In this document: in pieces, positions 10,918 to 22,300 of the stretch
Layout: each line of letters begins with the position of its first letter
Position numbering within the stretch: position 1 is the first letter of the stretch
Assembly: GCA_032718475.1 (NCBI GenBank)
Contig: JAUCBJ010001457.1
Span: 62,001-126,000 of the forward strand
Direction of reading: 5' to 3'
Length of the DNA: 64,000 nt
Source: Nemertoderma westbladi
Taxonomy: Eukaryota > Animalia > Xenacoelomorpha
The notes under the pieces: model-generated
Seen by the model: the letters and a program-made list of their open reading frames with translations, nothing else
Told to the model about the DNA's origin: nothing
Databases searched by the model: none
Translations under genes and position numbers: made by a program

Positions 10918-11129
10918 TGATGCTGCACGAAGGCCCCACGCAAATTCTACCTGGAAAATTTTCAAACTTTTGCCAAACAACATGTGTACCAAGTTTGGAT
11001 AGATGTCATCAAGGATTGGCCGAGTTATTAAGGTTTAAAATAAAATACTGAAAAAAAACGCGACAGAACGACAGGTTGATTAATGGTACCCCTACGCTAA
11101 GGCTCACTCACTTCGTGGCTCGCCCCACA
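10918..11129. mobile_element. Non-autonomous Helitron/Helentron (DINE-1/HINE-like) element
   Basis: accaagtttgg core, gacag microsatellite, terminal hairpin cactcacttcgtggctcgcccc. Near-identical inverted copy at 11516-11728. Confidence 0.6.
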
Positions 11130-11515
11130 GGTGTATATGATATAGTTGTTTTTTTGCATAAACATTTTCAGTATCCTTCTCCTATGACTCCTTTTCCATG
11201 TCTTTGTGGTACTGCGGCGACGGCACTGATTTCATCCCCAATCCCACCAAATGCTTTCTTGATGCTATTCTTCACGACATCAGATCGGTAAACGAGGCCA
11301 GGATCTCGGTTGTGAGGTACAAATTTATTGGGTTTACGAATATGATCTGCAAATAATTTACACATTTTGTTTCTCTTTCGCTTCATGTTTTGACAGCAAT
11401 TGTGACCATTTCCTGACAAATTGATATGATCCTTAAAACATCCGACAACTATGTTACAAACCATGTGCCGGATACATTTATCGTCTGCCTTTTTTCCAAG
11501 GGGAAGTTTGTTCTT

Positions 11516-11728
11516 GTGGGGCGAGCCACGAAGTGAGTGAGCCTTAGCGTAGTGGTACCATTAATCAACCTGTCGTTCTGTCGTTCTGTCGTTCTGTCGC
11601 GTTCAATTTTAAACGTTAATAACTCGGCCAATCTTTGATGAAATCTATCCAAACTTGGTACACATGTTGTTTGGCAAAAGTTTAGAAATTTTCCAAGTAG
11701 AATTTCCGTGTGGCCTTCGAGAAGCTAA
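11516..11728. mobile_element. Second, inverted copy of the HINE-like element
   Basis: Reverse complement of 10918-11129 with an expanded (ctgtcgtt)n. Confidence 0.6.
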
Positions 11729-12574
11729 GATAATAGCAGTTAATTAGTTAATTAAGTTATTACGGTAAAAACACCATTTTCAACCTGCCTTTTAAAGGAA
11801 ATTAATTGTTTTACAGTATAAGATTTAAATAATTATAATTAAAAATTATACAGATGTAATCCACATACCCCATTCTATTATAGTTTTTAATTAGTTCAAG
11901 TGATTTGCTTTAATAATTGTGTCTTTAATTGATCTAAAGTAATTAAAACGGCAAAAAAAATTGATTCTCATTAAATACTGCTCATTTATTGGCCAACATG
12001 CTGGTACGATGGAAGGATGTGTGTGTAAAGCAGCTAGTTGCTGGGAATGATTATTGGTCAAGTCTCTGCTGGTGTGGAGCTAGCTGGGTGGGAGTTGTGG
12101 CTGTAGACTAACCAGAGAGGAATAGTAATAGGCAACCAGTATTGCTATTCCAGCCCAGATAGCATTCATTCAGACAGCCAACATCCTTCCTGTATTGACT
12201 CTACTATAAGTGTTGTATTGCTATCTCAGGTAAATGACAGATATAATAACATAAATACTATCCATGGCATGGCTGTTGTAGGTTTCTGAAATAGTTTATT
12301 CCACAATGTATATGTCTGGTTATTTTTTAATTGAATTTTTGCAAAGTAGTAAAATTAATGTTCTTAAAAATATTATTATTATTTTATATGTAACCTAGGA
12401 AATTAGCTACATTTTTTCGCTGCAGCTTTAAGAGTGTACATTAATTTAATATTATTTCAATACCCATATTACTACATCAGCATACGATGCGTTGGCGTTG
12501 TATCACAGATCTCCACATACATAGATGTATCAACAGTTACTCGCACAGTTTCGAAACTTCGCATAGTTATAACT

Positions 12575-12901
12575 GTATAAAGATCGTCAGTCTGCGTTTA
12601 GGAAAAATATTTTATAACAAAACAGGACAAGCGACGAGCGCAACGAGGCATATAATGAAGACGAGTACTGCGTTGACTAAATTATTATATAAACCACCTG
12701 GCTTCACATATTGATCGCATCCCTAGTTATTATTATTATAAAGATCGTCCTAGCCTGCGTTTAAGAAATATATTTAAATACAAAACAGGACGAACGCAAA
12801 GAGGCTTATAATGAAAACGAGTACTGCGTTTATTATATTCCTATAAACCACCTGGCTTTGCATATTGAACGTGCGATTGAAAATAAGTTCGTGCTACCCT
12901 T
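12575..12901 (-). repeat. Two tandem units of the repeat found inverted at 9742-9925
   Basis: ataaagatcgtc..ctgcgttta..acgagtactgcgtt..ataaaccacctggctt occurs twice. Confidence 0.85.
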
Positions 12902-13075
12902 CCGTGGGTGGTAGATGTCGCGGTTATGTATTGGTGGTTGGGAAGGGTGGGGGGGGGGGGGGATTAAAAGGGGTGAACACGTACTGTCCCCCTTTCTTTG
13001 ATTGATTGGTGGTGTGGGTAAATTTTTCAAAACCTGATTTTGTGATACAGTCGCTCAATTTTAATTTGTATCTCA

Positions 13076-13117
13076 TAACTGGGCCTCGTGCTGCGCGAAG
13101 GCCCCACGAACGTGTCG
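13076..13117 (-). mobile_element. Helitron-like 3' terminus (hairpin)
   Basis: ctcgtgctgcgcgaaggccccacgaacgtgt is the reverse complement of the terminal hairpin at 18736-18776. Confidence 0.55.
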
Positions 13118-13925
13118 TTAATGTCTTTGAGAAACTTGCCTCGTATTTTTGAACAATCAATTTCAAATGTGGTATTATTACCTCCATACAGGTCATCTTT
13201 ACCAAAACCAAATGTTTCGACTCAGATTATGGGAGCCTGAAGTAAATTAGGAACGCCATGTGTGGCGAGCATGAGCTTCAAGGAAAAACTTGTACCATCC
13301 TTATTCATACCACATTTGTATTTAAAGGGAAGCGGAATTGAGATGGATGGAAAGGCGCCTGGTCTATGTTTTGTAGCTGTTCTAGAGAAGCACCACCAAA
13401 CTGCGCGATGGACACTGAATTCATTTGTAGTTATACCACGTGCAAGTAATCCTTCAACCAATTTCGAAAATGCCTTATCATCTTCTTTTAAATAAAACAC
13501 TAATTTTAATTTTTCCTCCGTCTTTCCTTCTTAATACGCAAAAACTTTAACCTTTCCTTTTCCTTCTTCTAAATGGTAACCTATTGGTATTGCGGTTCTT
13601 GGGCTATCTAAGCCATCTGGGTTACTGTGTAAATGGATTAGAAATTTCCGAATTCCCAATTTACGATTTGATTGTAGTGTAACATTTACATTGTGGGTAC
13701 ATTTCCTATCGTCGTTTTCAAAGATTCTCAGTGCAATTTTTTCAAACTTTTTTGCAGCATACTATTATCCTGAACGACTTTTTTCTCAAAAGGTGGATGT
13801 GGCAAAGCTTTCAATTTATCTCTGAGTTTATTTTTTATGCCACTATCTTGAAAGACCTCTTCTGAAATAATAAACTTTGTCTCGTGTTGTTTACTCGTTG
13901 TCCTCATTTTGTCAATTTTATGAAG

Positions 13926-15858
13926 AATATATTATAGAACAGTATTCTCAGATTGCACTAGTATAGAATGGCTACTCAACATATTATAGAACAATATTCT
14001 CAAATTGCACTAGTATAGCATGGGTACCAATGGAACAGTATTCTCAGATTGCACTAGTATAGCATGGGTACCAATATTATGGAACAGCATTCTCATATTG
14101 CACTACTATAGCATGGGTACCAATGGAACAGTATTCTCATATTGCACTACTATAGCATGGGTACCAATATATTATGGAACAGTATTCTCAGATTGCACTA
14201 GTATAGCATGGGTACCAATATTATGGAACAGTATTCTCATATTGCACTACTATAGCATGGATACCAATGGAACAGTATTCTCATATTGCACTACTATAGC
14301 ATGGGTACCAATATATTATGGAACAGTATTCTCAGATTGCACTAGTATAGCATGGGTACCAATATTATGGAACAGTATTCTCATATTGCACTACTATAGC
14401 ATGGGTACCAATGAAACAGTATTCTCATATTGCACTACTATAGCATGGGTACCAATATATTATGGAACAGTATTCTCAGATTGCACTAGTATAGCATGGG
14501 TACCAATATTATGGAACAGTATTCTCATATTGCACTACTATAGCATGGGTACCAATGAAACAGTATTCTCATATTGCACTACTATAGCATGGGTACCAAT
14601 ATATTATGGAACAGTATTCTCATATTGCACTACTATAGCATGGGTACCAATATATTATGGAACAGTATTCTCAGATTGCACTAGTATAGCATGGGTACCA
14701 ATATATTATGGAACAGTATTCTCATATTGCACTACTATAGCATGGGTACCAATATTATGGAACAGTATTCTCGGATTGCACTACTATAACATGGGTGCCA
14801 ATATATTATGGAACAGTATTCTCAGATTGCACTAGTATAGCATGGGTACCAATATATTATGGAACAGTATTCTCATATTGCACTACTATAGCATGGGTAC
14901 CAATATTATGGAACAGTATTCTCATATTGCACTACTATAGCATGGGTACCAATATTATGGAACAGTATTCTCATATTGCACTACTATAGCATGGGTACCA
15001 ATATATTATGGAACAGTATTCTCATATTGCACTAGTATAGCATGGGTACCAATATATTATGGAACAGTATTCTCATATTGCACTACTATAGCATGGGTAC
15101 CAATATATTATGGAACAGTATTCTCAGATTGCACTAGTATAGCATGGGTACCAATATTATGGAACAGTATTCTCATATTGCACTACTATAGCATGGGTAC
15201 CAATGGAACAGTATTCTCATATTGCACTACTATAGCATGGGTACCAATATATTATGGAACAGTATTCTCAGATTGCACTAGTATAGCATGGGTACCAATA
15301 TTATGGAACAGTATTCTCATATTGCACTACTATAGCATGGGTACCAATGGAACAGTATTCTCATATTGCACTACTATAGCATGGGTACCAATATATTATG
15401 GAACAGTATTCTCGGATTGCACTACTATAGCATGGGTACCAATATATTATGGAACAGTATTCTCATATTGCACTACTATAGCATGGGTACCAATGGAACA
15501 GTATTCTCATATTGCACTACTATAGCATGGGTACCAATATATTATGGAACAGTATTCTCAGATTGCACTAATAGCATGGGTACCAATGAAACAGTATTCT
15601 CATATTGCACTACTATAGCATGGGTACCAATATATTATGGAACAGTATTCTCATATTGCACTACTATAGCATGGGTACCAATATATTATGGAACAGTATT
15701 CTCAGATTGCACTAATAGCATGGGTACCAATGAAACAGTATTCTCATATTGCACTACTATAGCATGGGTACCAATATATTATGGAACAGTATTCTCAGAT
15801 TGCACTACTATAGCATGGGTACCAATGAAACAGTATTCTCAGATTGCACTAGTATAGC
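13926..15858. repeat. Minisatellite A, 44/50/52-bp unit variants (~40 units)
   Basis: Unit ggaacagtattctca(t/g)attgcacta(c/g)tatagcatgggtaccaat(atattat). Confidence 0.97.
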
Positions 15859-16289
15859 TCTTCATAAAAAATAAGAGTTTTATTTTATGTAAATAATTGA
15901 TTAAAAATAATATTTTATTTCCAAAAATAGGCGTAGGTAGTAAAAAAAACACTAGCTACCATAAAAAATACAACCAAAACACATATAAAACGAGTATATG
16001 CAAAATACAAAATTTTGGTACCCATGCTATACAAATGCCCTCAGATATAAATATGTGACATCTGACATAGTTACATTTTATCAGATTCACTATTTCCACA
16101 TACATACGTATGTTACTCTTATTTACGGTGAGAATTTTCGGTGAGATATTACAGTAGTGTACAGGTTATAAGACAGAAATGAGGGCGTCATGGGCGTTAC
16201 TTCACATGGGCGTTACAGTACTTATTCTAGAAAACTGGGTACTGTATCGATACACGTACCTACTCTTACGAAATTTTTTTTATCAGTAA

Positions 16290-16443
16290 AGGTGCGTTCA
16301 CATAATGTATGTGGGGGTGTAAGGAGGTGTGTTTGTAAGGGTAGACGATGTAAATTTCAATTAGTCGTTAGCCACATTATGTCGAGACATACACACACAA
16401 ATACACCCCCATACACTTACACATACGTCATGTGAACGCACCT
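16290..16443. mobile_element. PIF/Harbinger (Tourist-like) MITE, 154 bp
   Basis: TIRs aggtgcgttcacataatgtatgt / acatacgtcatgtgaacgcacct; TAA target duplication at 16287-16289 and 16444-16446. Confidence 0.88.
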
Positions 16444-16519
16444 TAACTGGAACGGATATGGGGAAACGAATCAAAAAAATAAAATAACAGCGATAGTTAA
16501 TACTTTAAATCCCATTGTA

Positions 16520-16735
16520 TGTAATATAATTAGACGTTTCGTCGGGAGATTCTTTGTAGATGGAGTAACTCCTAAATATTGGAACGAATTTTCGAATTTT
16601 AGTGGCGAGGCATTATACAGGAGACAGTCTACCTTGGATAATCTGGTTCATCGGCGGAAATTTTACAGCCTTTGTCTTTTCTAAATTAACTTTAAGCTTG
16701 TTCTCCTTGCAGTAATTTTCCAATTTATTTAAGTA
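16520..16735 (-). pseudogene. Decayed LINE reverse-transcriptase fragment
   Basis: Minus-strand translation YLNKLENYCKENKLKVNLEKTKAVKF and, after a frameshift, FQYLGVT (late RT motifs). Confidence 0.7.
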
Positions 16736-18398
16736 ACTCATGAGTCGTATGTCATTCTCTAAGGCCTGTGCCCCACTGCCCACTGGTAACTCATGAGTCG
16801 TATGTCATTCCCTAAGGCCTGTGCCCCACTGCCCACTGGTAACTCATGAGTCGTATGTCATTCCCTAAGGCCTGTGCCCCACTGCCCACTGGTAACTCAT
16901 GAGTCGTATGTCATTCCCTAAGGCCTGTGCCCCACTGCCCACTGGTAACTCATGAGTCGTATGTCATTCCCTAAGGCCTGTGCCCCACTACCCACTGGTA
17001 ACTCATGAGTCGTATGTCATTCTCTAAGGCCTGTGCCCCACTGCCCACTGGTAACTCATGAGTCGTATGTCATTCTCTAAGGCCTGTGCCCCACTGCCCA
17101 CTGGTAACTCATGAGTCGTATGTCATTCTCTAAGGCCTGTGCCCCAATGCCCACTGGTAACTCATGAGTCGTATGTCATTCTCTAAGGCCTGTGCCCCAC
17201 TGCCCACTGGTAACTCATGAGTCGTATGTCATTCTCTAAGGCCTGTGCCCCACTGCTCACTGGTAACTCATGAGTCGTATGTCATTCTCTAAGGCCTGTG
17301 CCCCACTGCCCACTGGTAACTCATGAGTCGTATGTCATTCCCTAAGGCCTGTGCCCCACTGCCCACTGGTAACTCATGAGTCGTATGTCATTCCCTAAGG
17401 CCTGTGCCCCACTGCCCACTGGTAACTCATGAGTCGTATGTCATTCCCTAAGGCCTGTGCCCCACTGCCCACTGGTAACTCATGAGTCGTATGTCATTCT
17501 CTAAGGCCTGTGCCCCACTGCCCACTGGTAACTCATGAGTCGTATGTCATTCTCTAAGGCCTGTGCCCCACTGCCCACTGGTAACTCATGAGTCGTATGT
17601 TATTCTCTAAGGCCTGTGCCCCACTGCCCACTGGTAACTCATGAGTCGTATGTCATTCCCTAAGGCCTGTGCCCCACTGCCCACTGGTAACTCATGAGTC
17701 GTATGTCATTCCCTAAGGCCTGTGCCCCACTGCCCACTGGTAACTCATGAGTCGTATTTCATTCCCTAAGGCCTGTGCCCCACTGCCCACTGGTAACTCA
17801 TGAGTCGTATATCATTCCCTAAGGCCTGTGCCCCACTGTCCACTGGTAACTCATGAGTCGTATATCATTCCCTAAGGCCTGTGCCCCACTGTCCACTGGT
17901 AACTCATGAGTCGTATGTCATTCCCTAAGGCATGTGCCCCACTGTCCACTGGTAACTCATGAGTCGTATATCATTCCCTAAGGCCTGTGCCCCACTGTCC
18001 ACTGGTAACTCATGAGTCGTATATCATTCCCTAAGGCCTGTGCCCCACTGCCCACCGGTAACTCATGAGTCGTATGTCATTCCCTAAGGCATGTGCCCCA
18101 CTGTCCACTGGTAACTCATGAGTCGTATATCATTCCCTAAGGCCTGTGCCCCACTGTCCACTGGTAACTCATGAGTCGTATGTCATTCCCTAAGGCCTGT
18201 GCCCCACTGCCCACCGGTAACTCATGAGTCGTATGTCATTCCCTAAGGCATGTGCCCCACTGTCCACTGGTAACTCATGAGTCGTATATCATTCCCTAAG
18301 GCCTGTGCCCCACTGTCCACTGGTAACTCATGAGTCGTATGTCATTCCCTAAGGCATGTGCCCCACTGCCCACCGGTAACTCATGAGTCGTATGTCAT
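16733..18398. repeat. Minisatellite B, 53-bp unit (~31 units)
   Basis: Unit gtaactcatgagtcgtatgtcattccctaaggcctgtgccccactgcccactg. Confidence 0.98.
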
Positions 18399-18596
18399 AA
18401 GTGGTTTTCAGATTTTGTCTGAGTCCGTATGTCAAAGGTATAGCTCCCGTGCTCCACTGGTCAGTCATTAGTCTTACTAGCAATCCAGGCGCGCTTCGCC
18501 CACCTTTTACAATATATTTGTCCTCCTCACTCGCTTAGTTTCATTGAGCTTATTAGAAGTTCGTTAGGACTTCCTCCTGTAAAAGTATTCACTATC

Positions 18597-18776
18597 TATC
18601 TATGTATCTATATAATTATATATGTATATCAGATGAACCCCTCCGAAACTATAGCTCGTCCGTCAATGAAAGTTATATCAATCGACGCAGCTCAACCCAA
18701 AACATACAAACCCTTGAAACATACATACAATACATACACGTTCGTGGGGCCTTCGCGTAGCACGAGACTCAGCTAA
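18597..18776 (+). mobile_element. Short non-autonomous Helitron-like element
   Basis: Begins TCTAT(A); ends with a GC hairpin cgtggggccttcgcgtagcacg followed by cagctaa (CTRR-like). Confidence 0.55.
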
Positions 18777-18872
18777 CCCGAAAAAGGTTAGCCCGAGAAA
18801 GCAGTAATCGGAGTACTCGTAATTTGGTCTACTACTTCGTTAGCTCGTCTCTACCAGTTAAAGCAAAGATCG

Positions 18873-19275
18873 TAGGTCACTACTCCAACTTTCAGATGAA
18901 TCTGATTGGCTCTATTACAGCTACTTTTACGTTTCTGTGAATTCGTCCCCTAGCGGCAGAAAGGGGAACTGTAAAAGTCTGTCTTTGTGTATAATTTTTA
19001 TTTAAGCAATGCTCATAGGTCACTCCTAACAAATTTCAGATGAATCTGATTGTTGGTTCTACTGTATAAGTACAGCTGCTTCTGCGTTTATGTCAATTCG
19101 CCCTCTAGTGGCAAACATATGAACTAAATAAGTCTTGTTTCTCTGAATTTTAAGCACTGGCCTCGTTCAAATGTTTTATAGCTTAATAATAATAAATGGG
19201 GAGGGACCCAACTACACTAAGTTTGTCTATGGACGCGTGGGCGGTCTCTCAGAAGCAAAGACACTAATCGAATTG
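18873..19275 (+). repeat. Two ~143-bp core repeats of a HINE-like element
   Basis: aggtcact..ttcagatgaatctgatt..ccc(c/t)ctag(c/t)ggca..gaact occurs twice. Confidence 0.55.
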
Positions 19276-19318
19276 CAATAAATACCATACCGAAAATATT
19301 CACTGCATGTCGGTGAAA

Positions 19319-22300
19319 ATTACTTTATACAGTGCCCAGGACCGCGCTGAATCTAACGGTATTACTTTATACAGAGCCCAGGACCGCGCTGAATCCAACG
19401 GTATTACTTTATACAGAGCCCAGGACCGCGCTGAATCCAACGGTATTACTTTATACAGAGCCCAGGACCGCGTTGAATCTAACGGTATTACTTTATACAG
19501 AGCCCAGGACCGCGCTGAATCAAACGGTATTACTTTATACAGAGTCCAAGACCGCGCTGAATCCAACGGTATTACTTTATACAGAGTCCAAGACCGCGCT
19601 GAATCCAACGGTATTACTTTATACAGAGCCCAGGACCGCGCTGAATCCAACGGTATTACTTTATACAGAGTCCAAGACCGCGCTGAATCCAACGGTATTA
19701 CTTTATACAGAGCCCAGGACCGCGCTGAATCCAACGGTATTACTTTATACAGAGCCCAGGACCGCGCTGAATCCAACGGTATTACTTTATACAGAGCCCA
19801 GGACCGCGTTGAATCTAACGGTATTACTTTATACAGAGCCCAGGACCGCGCTGAATCAAACGGTATTACTTTATACAGAGTCCAAGACCGCGCTGAATCC
19901 AACGGTATTACTTTATACAGAGTCCAAGACCGCGCTGAATCCAACGGTATTACTTTATACAGAGTCCAAGACCGCGCTGAATCCAACGGTATTACTTTAT
20001 ACAGAGCCCAGGACCGCGCTGAATCCAACGGTATTACTTTATACAGAGTCCAAGACCGCGCTGAATCCAACGGTATTACTTTATACAGAGCCCAGGACCG
20101 CGCTGAATCCAACGGTATTACTTTATACAGAGCCCAGGACCACGCTGAATCCAACGGTATTACTTTATACAGAGCCCAGGACCACGCTGAATCCAACGGT
20201 ATTACTTTATACAGAGCCCAGGACCACGCTGAATCCAACGGTATTACTTTATACAGAGCCCAGGACCACGCTGAATCCAACGGTATTACTTTATACAGAG
20301 CCCAGGACCGCGCTGAATCTAACGGTATTACTTTATACAGAGCCCAGGACCACGCTGAATCCAACGGTATTACTTTATACAGAGCCCAGGACCACGCTGA
20401 ATCCAACGGTATTACTTTATACAGAGCCCAGGACCGCGCTGAATCTAACGGTATTACTTTATACAGAGCCCAGGACCACGCTGAATCTAACGGTATTACT
20501 TTATACAGAGCCCAGGACCACGCTGAATCCAACGGTATTACTTTATACAGAGCCCAGGACCACGCTGAATCCAACGGTATTACTTTATACAGAGCCCAGG
20601 ACCACGCTGAATCCAACGGTATTACTTTATACAGAGCCCAGGACCACGCTGAATCCAACGGTATTACTTTATACAGAGCCCAGGACCACGCTGAATCCAA
20701 CGGTATTACTTTATACAGAGTCCAAGACCGCGCTGAATCCAACGGTATTACTTTATACAGAGCCCAGGACCGCGTTGAATCCAACGGTATTACTTTATAC
20801 AGAGCCCAGGACCGCGTTGAATCCAACGGTATTACTTTATACAGAGCCCAGGACCGCGCTGAATCCAACGGTATTACTTTATACAGAGCCCAGGACCGCG
20901 CTGAATCCAACGGTATTACTTTATACAGAGTCCAAGACCGCGCTGAATCCAACGGTATTACTTTATACAGAGCCCAGGACCGCGTTGAATCCAACGGTAT
21001 TACTTTATACAGAGCCCAGGACCGCGCTGAATCCAACGGTATTACTTTATACAGAGCCCAGGACCGCGCTGAATCCAACGGTATTACTTTATACAGAGTC
21101 CAAGACCGCGCTGAATCTAACGGTATTACTTTATACAGAGCCCAGGACCGCGCTGAATCTAACGGTATTACTTTATACAGAGCCCAGGACCACGCTGAAT
21201 CCAACGGTATTACTTTATACAGAGCCCAGGACCACGCTGAATCCAACGGTATTACTTTATACAGAGCCCAGGACCGCGCTGAATACAACGGTATTACTTT
21301 ATACAGAGCCCAGGACCGCGCTGAATCCAACGGTATTACTTTATACAGAGCCCAGGACCGCGCTGAATACAACGGTATTACTTTATACAGAGCCCAGGAC
21401 CACGCTGAATCCAACGGTATTACTTTATACAGAGTCCAGGACCACGATGAATACAACGGTATTACTTTATACAGAGTCCAAGACCGCGCTGAATCTAACG
21501 GTATTACTTTATACAGAGCCCAGGACCGCGCTGAATCCAACGGTATTACTTTATACAGAGCCCAGGACCACGCTGAATCCAACGGTATTACTTTATACAG
21601 AGCCCAGGACCACGCTGAATCCAACGGTATTACTTTATACAGAGCCCAGGACCGCGCTGAATCTAACGGTATTACTTTATACAGAGCCCAGGACCACGCT
21701 GAATCCAACGGTATTACTTTATACAGAGCCCAGGACCGCGCTGAATCCAACGGTATTACTTTATACAGAGCCCAGGACCGCGCTGAATCCAACGGTATTA
21801 CTTTATACAGAGTCCAAGACCGCGCTGAATCTAACGGTATTACTTTATACAGAGTCCAAGACCACGCTGAATCTAATGGTGTTACTTTATACAGAGTCCA
21901 AGACCGCGCTGAATCCAACGGTATTACTTTATACAGTGCCCAGGAGCACGCTGAATCTAACGGTATTACTTTATACAGAGCCCAGGACCGCGCTGAATCT
22001 AATGGTGTTACTTTATACAGAGTCCAAGACCGCGCTGAATCCAACGGTATTACTTTATACAGAGTCCAGGACCACGCTGAATCCAACGGTATTACTTTAT
22101 ACAGAGCCCAGGACCGCGCTGAATCTAACGGTATTACTTTATACAGAGCCCAGGACCACACTGAATCCAACGGTATTACTTTATACAGAGCCCAGGACCG
22201 CGCTGAATCCAACGGTATTACTTTATACAGAGCCCAGGACCACGCTGAATCCAACGGTATTACTTTATACAGAGTCCAGGACCGCGCTGAATCTAACGGT

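Noticed and set aside
12933-12975. Poly-G / G-quadruplex-like tract
   Set aside because: An isolated homopolymer within repeat debris with no functional context.
13926-18398. CRISPR-like appearance of the short-unit arrays
   Set aside because: No unique spacers, no cas genes, and the context is eukaryotic.
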